A stretch of DNA of 64,000 nucleotides, from assembly GCA_037481835.1 (NCBI GenBank), contig JBBFKW010000004.1, forward strand, positions 110,569 to 174,568. Reading direction: 5' to 3'. Below the pieces are notes generated by a model. It made no database searches. It had not been told where the DNA came from and saw only the letters and a list, made by a program, of their open reading frames with translations. Shown piece by piece: positions 51,580 to 62,157 of this stretch. The stretch comes from Desulfosoma sp. Lineage in GTDB: Bacteria; Desulfobacterota; Syntrophobacteria; Syntrophobacterales; DSM-9756. Both the position numbers and the translations under genes were made by a program. How positions within the stretch are numbered: position 1 is the stretch's first letter; every line of letters starts with the position of its first letter.

Positions 51580-52629
51580 TCAGCCCACAGGGATCGTGCG
51601 AGGCGGGCCCTTCACCGGGTCCGCCTCTTTTTGTGCCCTCACGGCGCACATTTGGTAGATCACCGCCTCCAAGGCCCGATCGGGACTGAGGGCGGTGGTC
51701 TTCAGGGCCAAGTCCACGGCCGTCAAGGTTCCATGGAGGTGTTCCAGCGCCTCCGCGGAAAAACGCGGCGCATGCCGAGCGGTTTTTTCCACAACGAAGG
51801 CGGGAAGATGCAGTTTCCGGCCCATGGCCGCCACGGTCTCTCCACGGGCCAGGCCGTCCTTGATTTGCCACATGAGGCGCACGTGACGGGCCAGAAGAGC
51901 CATCAGGGCCAGCGGGGAATCGCCTTTGAGAAGCACCTGCCGAAGCGCTTCGAAGGCGGCCTCGGGCCGCCTTTCCGCCACATGGTCCATGAGCTTGAAG
52001 ATGTGTTCCGATCGAACCCGGCTGCAGGCGGCGTCCACGTCTTCCGCCGTGATGCGCGGCGCATCCCCCACATAAAGGCAAAGTTTTTCGATTTCCCTTT
52101 CCAGGGCGTAAAGATCCGGTCCCACCGCATCCACGAGCTGCGCCGCCACGGCCGGCTTCATGGTCTTGCCGTACCCCGCCGCCTTTTCTTGAACCCAGGC
52201 GGGCAGTTGACGTTCCGGAATCGGCGTGAAATCGACGATGAGGCCCCGGCCTTCCACGGCCTTTTCCAGAGCCTTCCAGCTCTTCTTGCTCCCCACCGTG
52301 AGCACCAGATGAGCGCGCGGGTTGGGATCGGCTGCGTATCGTTCCAGCAGTTCCCGCTGCTCTTTGGGCCACTGGTCCACATCCCGAACGCGAAGCACCC
52401 GTCGCGGGGCAAACATGGGAACCGTGCGGACTCTGCCCACCACCTCGTGGGCCGTCACGTCCCTTGCGTCCATCTGTTCGCCTTTGACCGGCTTTTCTTC
52501 GAGGGACGCCACCGCATGAACCAGGGCCTCCCAGGCCTTGTCCATGAGGGCGGTCTCATCGCCTCGGAAAAGATAGACGCTTGCGGGGGGGGCTTCGCGC
52601 AGGTGTTTGAAAAAGAGGCGGCTGTCCAT
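51580..52629 (-). CDS. holA: DNA polymerase III delta subunit
   Basis: YLFRGDE, PMFAPRR, EIEKL.LY and IFKL; leuS-lptE-holA synteny. Confidence 0.9.
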   Translation of the reverse strand: MDSRLFFKHLREAPPASVYLFRGDETALMDKAWEALVHAVASLEEKPVKGEQMDARDVTAHEVVGRVRTVPMFAPRRVLRVRDVDQWPKEQRELLERYAADPNPRAHLVLTVGSKKSWKALEKAVEGRGLIVDFTPIPERQLPAWVQEKAAGYGKTMKPAVAAQLVDAVGPDLYALEREIEKLCLYVGDAPRITAEDVDAACSRVRSEHIFKLMDHVAERRPEAAFEALRQVLLKGDSPLALMALLARHVRLMWQIKDGLARGETVAAMGRKLHLPAFVVEKTARHAPRFSAEALEHLHGTLTAVDLALKTTALSPDRALEAVIYQMCAVRAQKEADPVKGPPRTIPVG

Positions 52630-52637
52630 GGTCTTCG

Positions 52638-53156
52638 TCAAAACCGACTCATGAACCGGTCGAAAATCCTGGCGGCCGTCTCTCGGGCCGCCCTTTTCAG
52701 CGCGTCCTGCCGATTCTGAAACGCAACCGTGGATTCCGGGTTTTGCAGGTAGTCTTCGAAATAGGTCAGCGCCCGGTCCTGCCACAGGATCGCTCCCGAT
52801 TCTCGCTCGACGCATCGCACATCCAAGGTGACCGTAAGCCGTGTGAGCACGGTATCCTGGGCCTTGCGGTGCGCCACATCGGTGGTGGAAAGGCGCCGAA
52901 TCTGGCCGATGAAAACGGCGTCCGCCTGGGACTCCGGAACCAGCCGAAGCCGGCTCTTCATGAGGAACTCCTGGCGCAAGGCTCCGGTAAAGACGGCTTC
53001 GATGCCGGGTTCCGCCGTGAGGTTTTCGAAGACGGGAACGGCCACGGTGCGGATGCGCGGGTCCAGGTTCGTGCCGTCCCCGGCGAACCGATAGCCGCAG
53101 GAGACGGCACACAAGAGGAGGGCCATTGTCAGAACGCCCCATCGGCTTGGGCCCAT
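52638..53156 (-). CDS. lptE: LPS assembly lipoprotein LptE-like
   Basis: Lipobox AVSC-GY, VPVFEN; between leuS and holA. Confidence 0.85.
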   Translation of the reverse strand: MGPSRWGVLTMALLLCAVSCGYRFAGDGTNLDPRIRTVAVPVFENLTAEPGIEAVFTGALRQEFLMKSRLRLVPESQADAVFIGQIRRLSTTDVAHRKAQDTVLTRLTVTLDVRCVERESGAILWQDRALTYFEDYLQNPESTVAFQNRQDALKRAARETAARIFDRFMSRF

Positions 53157-53184
53157 GAGTCCCTCCTCTTCCGTGTATGCCTTA

Positions 53185-55674
53185 CTAGAGGACGATGTTG
53201 ATCAATTTTTTCGGGACGACGATGACCTTGCGGACGGGTTTTCCGCCGAGAAAGCTTTGAATCTTGGGATCGGCCAAGGCCATCTCCTTCAGGCGCTCTT
53301 CCGAGGTGTCCGCCGGAACCGTGAGGCGGCTGCGCAGTTTCCCGTTCACCTGGACCACCACGAGGACCGTATCCGCCGCCAGGGCCTCTTCGCGATACGT
53401 GGGCCACGGTCTCTTGGCCACACTGGGAGCCATCCCCAGCTCGACCCACAGCTCTTCGGCGATGTGCGGGGCCATGGGCGAGAGCATGAGAACGACCGCC
53501 TCCACGGCCTCTCGAAGCACCGGCCAACACTGCGGCTCTTCCTTGGCCTTCTCGAGGACGGCGTAGATCTCGTTCACCAGTTCCATGATGGCGGCAATGG
53601 CCGTGTTGAAATGGAACCGCTGCTCGATATCTTCAGTGACCTTCTTGATGGTCTGATGGGTTTTGCGGTGCAGACTTTGGAGCTCTTGGGGCAAGGGCGC
53701 CGAGCCGTCATAGGGGCGTGCGCCCTTGAGTGTCTCCAGATTTTCGGCCACAAGGCGCCACACACGTCCCAGAAAGCGGGACGCCCCTTCCACACCCTGA
53801 TCGCTCCATTCCAGCTCTTTTTCCGGGGGAGCGGCGAAAAGGCAGAACAGGCGGACCGTATCCGCCCCGTAAGCGCGGATCATGTCGTCGGGATCCACCA
53901 CGTTCCCCTTGGATTTGCTCATCTTGGCGCCGTCTTTGATCACCATGCCCTGGGTGAGCAGATTGGTGAAGGGCTCGTCCACCTGCAGATAGCCCATGTC
54001 TCGAAGCACCTTGGTGAAAAACCGGGAATAGAGCAAGTGGAGCACGGCGTGTTCGATCCCGCCGATGTACTGATCCACGGGCATCCAATAGTGGACTCGG
54101 GAACCGTCCAGCGGGCCCTGGTCGTAGTCGGCGCAGGCGAATCGAGCGAAATACCACGACGATTCCACGAAAGTGTCCATGGTGTCCGTCTCTCGCCGAC
54201 CGGGCCCTCCGCACCGGGGACATTGCGTCTTGACAAAGGCTTCGCTGAACGGCAGGGGAGAGGCCCCGTTTTCGGGCATCTCCAGGTCCAGAGGCAGAAG
54301 AACGGGAAGATCCTTTTCGTTCACGGGCACAGTGCCGCATTGATCGCAATAGACGATGGGAATGGGGGCGCCCCAGTAGCGCTGGCGGGATATCCCCCAA
54401 TCCCGAAGCCGGTATTGGACCGTGAGGCTCCCTTGCCCCTTGGCCTCCAAATCCCGCGTGATGGCCTCCCGGGCCTGGGCCGAACTCATGCCGGTGTACG
54501 GGCCGGAGTTGACCAGCACGCCGTCCTCTTCGAAGGCGTGGGTCAAGGCGTCGGGTTCCGGTGTCGCGGCGGTTTCGTTTTCCTTGATGACCACTTTAAG
54601 GGGGAGGCCGTATTTTCGGGCGAACTCGAAATCCCTCTGGTCGTGGGCCGGTACCGCCATCACGGCCCCTGTGCCGTATTCCATGACCACGAAATTCGCC
54701 ACAAAAATGGGCATCCGTTCTCCGGTCATGGGATTGATGCAGTAGGAGCCGGTAAAGATTCCCTCTTTTTCCAGCAAATCGGCGACGCGGTCGCTGCGTT
54801 TGGCTTGTTTGGCCTTCTCCACAAAGGCCAGCACGGCGTCTTCATGCTCGGATCCCCGGCACAGCTCGGCGACCATGGGGTGCTCCGGAGCCAGGCTCAT
54901 GAAAGTGGCCCCGAAGAGGGTATCGGATCGGGTCGTGAACACTTCGATAAAGCCTTGGCCTGAGGCCAGAGGAAATCGGATGGTGCTGCCGAAGCTCTTG
55001 CCGATCCAGTTGCGCTGCATGGTCAAAACACGCTCGGGCCAGCCGGGGAGCTTGTCCAGGTAGTCCAAGAGCTCTTCCACGTAAGCCGTGATCTTGAAAA
55101 ACCATTGCTCCATTTCCTTTTGGATCACCGGCTGATCGCAGCGCCAGCATGCGCCGTCTTCAACCTGCTCGTTGGCGAGCACCGTCTGACACGTGTTGCA
55201 CCAGTTGACGTAGGATTTTTTCTTGTAGGCCAAACCCCGTTCGAACATTTTGATGAAGAAGAGCTGTTCCCACCGATAATAGGACGGATCGCACGTGGCC
55301 AATTCCCTGGACCAGTCGTAGGAAAAGCCCAGCTGTTTGAGCTGGCTGCGCATGTAGTCGATGTTGTCGTAGGTCCATTTGGCGGGATGGGTTTTGGCTT
55401 TGATGGCCGCGTTTTCCGCCGGCATGCCGAAGGCGTCCCATCCCATGGGGTGGAGCACGTTATAGCCGCGCATGGACAAGAACCTGGCCACCACGTCCCC
55501 GATGGAATAGTTGCGCACGTGGCCCATGTGGATGCGGCCCGAAGGGTAGGGAAACATTTCCAGAAGGTAAAATTTCTTCTTCCCCGGATCTTCCGAGGCC
55601 CTAAAGAGCTGCTCCCGCTCCCAGTAATCCTGCCATTTCTTTTCAATGCTCTTCGGGTTGTATCGACTTTCCAT
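53185..55674 (-). CDS. leuS: Leucine--tRNA ligase
   Basis: [27 protein letters not shown] editing domain, KMSKS and VQVNGKLR. Confidence 0.97.
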   Translation of the reverse strand: MESRYNPKSIEKKWQDYWEREQLFRASEDPGKKKFYLLEMFPYPSGRIHMGHVRNYSIGDVVARFLSMRGYNVLHPMGWDAFGMPAENAAIKAKTHPAKWTYDNIDYMRSQLKQLGFSYDWSRELATCDPSYYRWEQLFFIKMFERGLAYKKKSYVNWCNTCQTVLANEQVEDGACWRCDQPVIQKEMEQWFFKITAYVEELLDYLDKLPGWPERVLTMQRNWIGKSFGSTIRFPLASGQGFIEVFTTRSDTLFGATFMSLAPEHPMVAELCRGSEHEDAVLAFVEKAKQAKRSDRVADLLEKEGIFTGSYCINPMTGERMPIFVANFVVMEYGTGAVMAVPAHDQRDFEFARKYGLPLKVVIKENETAATPEPDALTHAFEEDGVLVNSGPYTGMSSAQAREAITRDLEAKGQGSLTVQYRLRDWGISRQRYWGAPIPIVYCDQCGTVPVNEKDLPVLLPLDLEMPENGASPLPFSEAFVKTQCPRCGGPGRRETDTMDTFVESSWYFARFACADYDQGPLDGSRVHYWMPVDQYIGGIEHAVLHLLYSRFFTKVLRDMGYLQVDEPFTNLLTQGMVIKDGAKMSKSKGNVVDPDDMIRAYGADTVRLFCLFAAPPEKELEWSDQGVEGASRFLGRVWRLVAENLETLKGARPYDGSAPLPQELQSLHRKTHQTIKKVTEDIEQRFHFNTAIAAIMELVNEIYAVLEKAKEEPQCWPVLREAVEAVVLMLSPMAPHIAEELWVELGMAPSVAKRPWPTYREEALAADTVLVVVQVNGKLRSRLTVPADTSEERLKEMALADPKIQSFLGGKPVRKVIVVPKKLINIVL

Positions 55675-55859
55675 CACCAACGTCCTCGTTCAGTGTCTTT
55701 CCGGCGCACGCCGGGATCACCAGCCGACCGACAAAAGCGCTTGCCTTGTAACACAGGCGCCTGCCGTGCGCAACGGAAGACACGGAAAAGAGGCCGTCAG
55801 GCGAGGGCGTGTGACGACGCCGACCAAGAATCGGCCTGGAAGGAAAAGGACCGGCGGGC

Positions 55860-56807
55860 TCAGCTCAAAAGCTCGTCGTTTCCCGCCACGCGGCGGACAA
55901 GATCCCGATAATCCTTGGCTCCCGGAGACCCCGGGGCATATTCGTAGATGGTCTTGCCGTAGCCCGGTGCTTCGGAGAGGCGGACATTGTAGCGGATCGG
56001 CGGGCACATCCGGCTGTTGTAGTAAGATGTCAACTGCTGCAGGATTTCTTCCGACTGCTTGACGCGTTTGTCCAGAAATGTGGGCACCACGTATTTCAGC
56101 GTGAGATCTTTATGATAGTTCTGGACGGAGGCGAGACTTCGGCAGAATTCCAGCAGTCCCTGAATGGCCATCACTTCGAGGCTCACCGGGATGAGCACTT
56201 CCTGCACGTAGAAAAGGACGTTGATCGTCAAGACGTCCCACCCCGGGGAGGTATCCACAATGACGTAATCGAATTGGCCGTCCAAAGGAGTGAGCGCCTC
56301 CGTCAGGGTCATTTCGCCCCGAAAATCCTTGCGTGCGATGAGCCGCTTGACGCCGGCCAAAGACCGCCCGCCCGCCAAGAGCCACAGCCGTTCCCGGGCT
56401 TGCATCAAGCATTCTTGCGGGATGAGTTCGCCCGTCATGAGTTCCGTCAGCCCCGCTTTCGGCTTGATGCCCAGCATGTAGGACGCCTGCCCCTGGGTGT
56501 CGGTATCCACCAAAAGTACGTTGAAGCCGGCCAGGGCCAAACCGGCAGCCAAGTTCACCGCCGTGGTCGTTTTCCCCACGCCTCCTTTGCTCAGCGACAC
56601 GGCGATGCGCCGCATGGAGGAAGTCGGGCTTTGCGGGGACGCGGCAGGTTCGGGCGGGGCCGCGGGCGGCTCCGCATCGGGAACGCTGGGCCTGGGAATG
56701 GGGAACTTATGGCCGCAGAAGACGCATTTTGCCGCCTTGACCTTGTCCGAAAGGCGGGTTTCATCGACTTTATGCTGCCTTTTGCAGCTGGGGCAAACGA
56801 TGATCAT
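55860..56807 (-). CDS. ParA/Soj-family ATPase with N-terminal MJ0042-type zinc ribbon
   Basis: CPSC-x17-CVFC finger, Pro-rich linker, KGGVGKTT, DTDTQG, VDTSP and SEAPGYG. Confidence 0.88.
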   Translation of the reverse strand: MIIVCPSCKRQHKVDETRLSDKVKAAKCVFCGHKFPIPRPSVPDAEPPAAPPEPAASPQSPTSSMRRIAVSLSKGGVGKTTTAVNLAAGLALAGFNVLLVDTDTQGQASYMLGIKPKAGLTELMTGELIPQECLMQARERLWLLAGGRSLAGVKRLIARKDFRGEMTLTEALTPLDGQFDYVIVDTSPGWDVLTINVLFYVQEVLIPVSLEVMAIQGLLEFCRSLASVQNYHKDLTLKYVVPTFLDKRVKQSEEILQQLTSYYNSRMCPPIRYNVRLSEAPGYGKTIYEYAPGSPGAKDYRDLVRRVAGNDELLS

Positions 56808-57268
56808 GTGACTTCTTCTCCCGGTTTGGTCCTCGCGATGGGCCGCTCTTCCTTCGCTCTTCGACACACGTCCTGAAGCATCCGAAACAATCGGCTCTTC
56901 GGCCCTTTGGTGTCCAGTTCCTGAAGGGCCGCCCGCAGGGCCGTTTCCACGATCACGGACTTGGAAACCTTCGGCCTGAGCCCCTCGGATTCGGCCTCCG
57001 TGAGCTTTTCCTGGGCCTTTTCCAAATGTTGAATGATGAGCTTGGTCAGGTAGTAAGTGACCTTCTTCTTGGGGCGTGCATCCTTGGGTTGGGCGGTGTA
57101 CGCCTGCCGCGCTTGGGCCGTCTCGGAACCGTTACGGTGTTCCAGGCGCCTCAGGTAGAAGGCCAGCCTTTCAATGATGTCGTTTTCTTCCGTGGTGATT
57201 TTGGGCGCTTCTCCATTGAGTAAGGCTCCCATGATATCCATCGGTTCCTTCTGACGAGACGGCGCCAC
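56804..57268 (-). CDS. Hypothetical protein with ribbon-helix-helix-like C-terminus, probable ParA partner
   Basis: GGAGG RBS before GTG 57268; KKKVTYYL strand, helix, then SKSVIVETAL helix; stop overlaps the ParA start. Confidence 0.6.
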   Translation of the reverse strand: MAPSRQKEPMDIMGALLNGEAPKITTEENDIIERLAFYLRRLEHRNGSETAQARQAYTAQPKDARPKKKVTYYLTKLIIQHLEKAQEKLTEAESEGLRPKVSKSVIVETALRAALQELDTKGPKSRLFRMLQDVCRRAKEERPIARTKPGEEVT

Positions 57269-57384
57269 CGGAAATCCTCCTATGCCCCCCAATGTTTCCA
57301 AGCCCCAGAACGGCTCACCCATGTTCACGCATCCTTCGGCAACGCGAGGGCATGGAGCCCTCGGGTCCTTCACGGTTGACCGCC

Positions 57385-57804
57385 TCACCCTTGGGCAAAA
57401 AAACGCTCCCGCGCCTTGTGCACAAAATCCACCATGAAGGCTCGGGCGTCCTCGTCCACGTCCAGGGAAAGCCCGTACAGATAGCCGCCGTACTCCAACG
57501 GGGTCACGTGGCGCACCGTGCCTTCACCGCGGATATCCCTTCCGTCACATCGAAGATGCACGGAAACCATCCTCTGGCCGACCTCTGCAAGATCGGCGGA
57601 GTCCGCTAAAAATCCCACGCCGCCTTCGCTAATGTTGGCCACCTGATAGGAAACACCGGAAATGCGCAACTCCACAGGGGTCTGCTCGTTGACCGGCACC
57701 CGGAACGTTTTACGAACCACGGTCTCGCTCCCCAGAGCGCTGCTCAATTCCAGGGTCTCCTCCAAATCTTTCAAGCTTTCCAGAAGGCTTTCCTGTTTCG
57801 TCAT
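57385..57804 (-). CDS. PilZ-domain protein
   Basis: RKTFR (RxxxR) and NISEGG (D/NxSxxG) motifs. Confidence 0.85.
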   Translation of the reverse strand: MTKQESLLESLKDLEETLELSSALGSETVVRKTFRVPVNEQTPVELRISGVSYQVANISEGGVGFLADSADLAEVGQRMVSVHLRCDGRDIRGEGTVRHVTPLEYGGYLYGLSLDVDEDARAFMVDFVHKARERFFAQG

Positions 57805-57912
57805 CGAGTCTTCCTCCGCAGCCGTGACGCACACACCCCGTCTCGAACCCTAAATAAGCGGGGCCGCCTCTGCTCGTCGGTCCACATCCTCTTTTAGGCC
57901 GTTCATTTTTAT

Positions 57913-57939
57913 ATTTCGGCATTCCATTGTTCGGCCTTA
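57913..57939 (-). promoter_or_regulatory. Putative sigma28 (FliA) promoter
   Basis: Minus strand TAAG-N15-GCCGAAAT versus consensus TAAA-N15-GCCGATAA, about 110 bp upstream of the PilZ gene. Confidence 0.55.
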
Positions 57940-58155
57940 AACACTTTTCCCGTCTTTGTTCTCCCTTGAAGCCCGGGGAGAGCCGACGCGCCGCCGGGGC
58001 CTTATCGGGAGCGGCAGATCCCTCCCGCCGCGGAGCCCGTCCCGGCCCGAAGTCGGGTTCCCGGGCCTTTCTTGAAAAAGAGGCGCTCCGCGCTTATAGT
58101 GATGGAGCATGCAGCAAAACTTTCTCCTTCGGAGAAGCCGAAAGCCAGGTGCCCT

Positions 58156-59949
58156 ATGGACGATCTATGCCAAAAATTTCCCGATCAAGAACAATTGGAA
58201 AAAGAGCTCAGCGAGTTTCTTTCCAAGAAATACGGACGCCCGATCCGGGTGATTTCCCCCATGATGGTCGCCCAGCCCAAAAGCGCCGAATCCAAGAAAT
58301 CCGGCTCGGAAAACGTGCGCAAAATCCAGTTCGACATGAAACCTGAAGAGCTGGAAGCTTACTTGGATCAATACGTCGTCAAACAAGACCAGGCCAAAGC
58401 CATCTTGGCCACAAAGATCTGCACCCATTACAACCGGATCAAATGGCGCATGGAGCGGGGACAGCGAAACGCGGATCCCGTCGGGCGCATCAAGAATAAC
58501 ATCATCCTCATGGGGCCGACCGGCGTCGGGAAGACCTACCTCATCAAGCTCATCGCTCAAAAAATCGGTGTGCCCTTCGTCAAGGGGGACGCCACCAAGT
58601 TCAGCGAAACCGGCTATGTGGGCGGAGACGTGGAAGACCTGGTACGAGACCTGGTGCGCGCCGCCGACGACGACTTGGAACTGGCCCAGTACGGCATCAT
58701 CTACATCGACGAAATCGACAAGATCGCCTCTTCGTCCCACATCCTCGGGCCCGATGTATCCCGCACCGGGGTTCAGCGGGCTCTTTTGAAACCCATGGAA
58801 GAAACAGAGGTGGATCTCCGCGTTCCCCACGATCCCATCTCCCAGCTGCAGGCCATCGAACAATACCGTCGAACCGGAAAACGCGACAAACAAACCATCA
58901 ACACCAAGAACATCCTGTTCATCGTCAGCGGCGCATTCAACGGGCTGGCCGACATCGTCAAAAAGCGCCTCCAACAGCAGGGCGTGGGCTTCAAGGCCGC
59001 CGTGCACAGCCGCGGCGACGACTCCAAGTTCCTCCAGCACGTCAAGGCGGAAGATCTCATCGAGTTTGGCTTCGAAAGCGAATTCGTGGGGCGCCTTCCC
59101 GTGATCGCCGTCCTGGAACCCTTGGAAGTGGAAGACCTCTATCAGATCCTCAAAAATCCCCACAGCCCGGTCATCCAAGGCAAGAAGGAAGACTTCCGCT
59201 GCTACGGCATCGACCTCAAGTTCGAAGACGAGGCGTTCTGGACACTGGCGGAAATGGCTTTCCAGGAAAAGACAGGGGCACGGGGGCTGGTCAGCGTCAT
59301 CGAGCGGGTTCTGCTCGGTTTCGAAAAGCGGCTTCCCTCGACCAACATCCGCTCTCTGGTGGTGACCAGAGAACTCGTCCTGCATCCTCAGGAAACTTTA
59401 GAGGCCATTCTGAAGGATCCCGAATCGCCCGAACGGCGCAGCCTCTACGAGCGCATCGTCCGGGAGGAAAAGGAAGCCGTTCGTGACCAGGTGCTTAAGA
59501 AGAAAAAGCACTACGTGCAGAATTACCCGTTCGTCTTCACCCCGGGGCGCCTCGAATTGCTGGTGGACCAGCACGTGAAAACCGGCGAACCCATTGAGGG
59601 CCTCTTCGACGTCCTGATCACCTTGTACAACCAGATCAAGGTCTTCGAGGATGAGTTCCACGACAATCAAGGGTTCAAGATCCACTTCGACGACCACGCC
59701 ATCACGGCCATCATGTTCAAGGCGCTGGCGGAAGACAAGACGGCCACGGCCGTGTGCCGAGAAATTTCACGGGACTACGACTATGCGTTCCGCCTTGTCG
59801 CCGAAAGGAGCGGGCAGATCCAGTTCATTCTGCCCAAGGAGGCTGTGGATGCTCCGGAAAGCTACCTGGATCAGCTCATCCGCGATACGTACCGAAAGCA
59901 TCCCCTGCCCGGCGACGCCGCTTCGTCCGAGAAAGGATCCTCCCAATGA
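58156..59949 (+). CDS. Atypical ClpX-like AAA+ ATPase (no N-terminal zinc domain, long C-terminal extension)
   Basis: LDQYVVKQDQAK, GPTGVGKT, GYVG, IDEIDK, VQRALLK, VGF loop, GRLP and GARGL; start could be 58102. Confidence 0.85.
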   Translation: MDDLCQKFPDQEQLEKELSEFLSKKYGRPIRVISPMMVAQPKSAESKKSGSENVRKIQFDMKPEELEAYLDQYVVKQDQAKAILATKICTHYNRIKWRMERGQRNADPVGRIKNNIILMGPTGVGKTYLIKLIAQKIGVPFVKGDATKFSETGYVGGDVEDLVRDLVRAADDDLELAQYGIIYIDEIDKIASSSHILGPDVSRTGVQRALLKPMEETEVDLRVPHDPISQLQAIEQYRRTGKRDKQTINTKNILFIVSGAFNGLADIVKKRLQQQGVGFKAAVHSRGDDSKFLQHVKAEDLIEFGFESEFVGRLPVIAVLEPLEVEDLYQILKNPHSPVIQGKKEDFRCYGIDLKFEDEAFWTLAEMAFQEKTGARGLVSVIERVLLGFEKRLPSTNIRSLVVTRELVLHPQETLEAILKDPESPERRSLYERIVREEKEAVRDQVLKKKKHYVQNYPFVFTPGRLELLVDQHVKTGEPIEGLFDVLITLYNQIKVFEDEFHDNQGFKIHFDDHAITAIMFKALAEDKTATAVCREISRDYDYAFRLVAERSGQIQFILPKEAVDAPESYLDQLIRDTYRKHPLPGDAASSEKGSSQ

Positions 59950-61136
59950 TCGGTATCTCCAAACTCTACTGCGGCACGGTGGAACCGTCCGACGCCCTGC
60001 GCTATGGACGGCACAGCGGCCGGCTCCCTTCCCATCTCCTGCAGTTTTCCCAGGACAAGAAACCCGTCGTGGTCTGGAACATGACCCGCCGATGCAACCT
60101 GAAATGCGTCCACTGTTATGCGCAGGCTTTGGATCGCGATTTTCCCGATGAACTGACCACGGCGGAAGGCAAGGCGCTCTTGGACGACCTGGCCGCCTTC
60201 GGCTGCCCTGTGGTGCTCTTTTCCGGCGGCGAACCGCTCCTCAGGCCGGATCTGGTGGAACTGGCGGCCTACGCCGTGGCCAAGGGCATGCGCGCGGTGA
60301 TTTCCACCAACGGGACCCTCATCACCCCCCAGGTGGCGCGTCAACTCAAAGACATCGGTCTGTCCTACGTGGGGATCAGTCTGGACGGCATGGAGGAGGT
60401 CAACGACCGGTTCCGGGGCGTCAAGGGCGCTTTTCGCCGGGCTTTGGACGGCATTGCGGCCTGCCAGGAAGCCGGCATCAAGGTGGGGCTGCGGTTTACC
60501 ATGAATCGAAGAAACGCCGCCGAAATCCCTGCGATCTTCGATCTTCTGGAATCCCACGACATCCCCAGGGTCTGTTTCTATCACCTCGTCTATGCCGGCC
60601 GCGGCTCCAAGCTCATGGAAGACGATCTCAGCCACGAAGAAACCCGCCGCGCCGTCGACCTCATCATCGACCGCACCGCCGATCTGCACCGTCGGGGAAA
60701 GCCCAAGGAAGTGCTCACCGTGGACAACCATGCCGACGGCCCCTACGTGTACCTGCGCATGGTGCGGGAAGGTTCGCCGCGAGCCCCGGACGTGCTGAGG
60801 CTCTTGGAAATGAACGAAGGGAACAATTCCGGCCGTGGGATCGGCTGCGTGAGCTGGGACGGCCAGGTCCATGCCGACCAGTTCTGGCGCCATTACACGT
60901 TCGGAAATATCCGGCAACGCCCGTTCAGCACCATTTGGACGGATCTGTCCAACCCCTTGATGGCCCGCCTGAAAGACAAGAAACGCTACGTCGCCGGCCG
61001 ATGCGCCCGGTGCCGGTGGCTTTCCGTGTGCGGAGGCAACTTCCGCGTGCGCGCGGAAGCCGCAACGGGCGATCTGTGGGCCCCCGATCCGGCCTGCTAC
61101 CTCACCGATGAAGAAATCGGCCTCGAGCCCATGTGA
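59946..61136 (+). CDS. ahbC: 12,18-didecarboxysiroheme deacetylase / Fe-coproporphyrin III synthase (radical SAM)
   Basis: MIGISKLYCG...DALRYGR...HLLQFS.DKKPVVVWN, CNLKCVHC and SPASM C-terminus; next to hemB. Confidence 0.9.
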   Translation: MIGISKLYCGTVEPSDALRYGRHSGRLPSHLLQFSQDKKPVVVWNMTRRCNLKCVHCYAQALDRDFPDELTTAEGKALLDDLAAFGCPVVLFSGGEPLLRPDLVELAAYAVAKGMRAVISTNGTLITPQVARQLKDIGLSYVGISLDGMEEVNDRFRGVKGAFRRALDGIAACQEAGIKVGLRFTMNRRNAAEIPAIFDLLESHDIPRVCFYHLVYAGRGSKLMEDDLSHEETRRAVDLIIDRTADLHRRGKPKEVLTVDNHADGPYVYLRMVREGSPRAPDVLRLLEMNEGNNSGRGIGCVSWDGQVHADQFWRHYTFGNIRQRPFSTIWTDLSNPLMARLKDKKRYVAGRCARCRWLSVCGGNFRVRAEAATGDLWAPDPACYLTDEEIGLEPM

Positions 61137-61154
61137 GCGAAGGAGGTTCCCCCA

Positions 61155-62132
61155 ATGTGGTTTCCCGAGTACCGCCCGAGGCGTTTGCGACGGACGGAAA
61201 ATCTGCGGCGCATGGTGCGAGAAACCCGGCTCAGCCCGGACATGTTCATTTACCCGCTTTTCGTCCGCGCGGGACGCGGGATCCGGCAGGCCGTGCCGTC
61301 CATGCCCGGAGTGTTCCAGCTTTCGCGGGACACCGCAGCCACCGAAGCTCAGGAGGCCAAGGATCTGGGCATTCCCGCGGTCATTCTCTTCGGGCTTCCG
61401 GAAAAAAAGGACGATAGAGGCTCCGAAGCCTATGCTCCCGACGGGGTGGTCCAAGAAGCCGTGCGCTCCATCAAGGACCGGTGCCCGGACCTGGTGGTCA
61501 TCACCGACGTGTGCCTGTGCGAATACACCAGCCACGGTCATTGCGGCGTGCTTCGAGGCCGTGAAGTGGACAACGACCCCACGCTGGAGATCCTGGCCCG
61601 CATTGCAGTGTCCCACGCCCAGGCGGGGGCCGACATGGTGGCCCCGTCGGATATGATGGACGGACGCGTCGGCGCCATTCGCGAAGGACTCGACGCCGAA
61701 GGCTTCTCCCAGACGGCCGTGATGGCCTATTCGGCCAAGTACTGCTCCGCCTTTTACGGACCCTTTCGGGAAGCGGCGGAATCGGCCCCTCAATTCGGGG
61801 ATCGGCGCGCCTACCAGATGGACCCGCCCAACGCTCGGGAGGCCCTTCGAGAAATCCAGCTGGATATCGAAGAAGGGGCGGACATTATCATGGTCAAGCC
61901 CGCCTTGGCTTACTTGGATATCATCCGGCGCGTGCGCGAAGAATTCGACTGGCCCTTGGCGGCCTACAACGTGAGCGGCGAATACGCCATGATCAAGGCC
62001 GCAGCGGCCAACGGCTGGCTCGACGAACAGCGGGCCATGATGGAGGTCCTGACCGCCATCCACAGGGCCGGAGCGGATCAGATCATCACCTATTTCGCCA
62101 AGGACGCCGCCAGGCTTCTGGCCTCAGCGTGA
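61155..62132 (+). CDS. hemB: Porphobilinogen synthase
   Basis: [30 protein letters not shown] and YNVSGEY. Confidence 0.97.
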   Translation: MWFPEYRPRRLRRTENLRRMVRETRLSPDMFIYPLFVRAGRGIRQAVPSMPGVFQLSRDTAATEAQEAKDLGIPAVILFGLPEKKDDRGSEAYAPDGVVQEAVRSIKDRCPDLVVITDVCLCEYTSHGHCGVLRGREVDNDPTLEILARIAVSHAQAGADMVAPSDMMDGRVGAIREGLDAEGFSQTAVMAYSAKYCSAFYGPFREAAESAPQFGDRRAYQMDPPNAREALREIQLDIEEGADIIMVKPALAYLDIIRRVREEFDWPLAAYNVSGEYAMIKAAAANGWLDEQRAMMEVLTAIHRAGADQIITYFAKDAARLLASA

Positions 62133-62157
62133 AAGGCGCACCTGCCGAGGAACCTCT

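Noticed and set aside
52630..53142. Long N-terminal extension of holA in the ORF track (likewise for ttuA, ahbC, sua5 and the Yip1 gene)
   Set aside because: The extensions overlap neighbouring real genes; downstream starts fit family lengths.
55681..55859. T-box leader for leuS
   Set aside because: No T-box consensus or terminator found in this short gap.
59871..62063. 730-aa minus-strand ORF
   Set aside because: Antisense shadow of ahbC/hemB.
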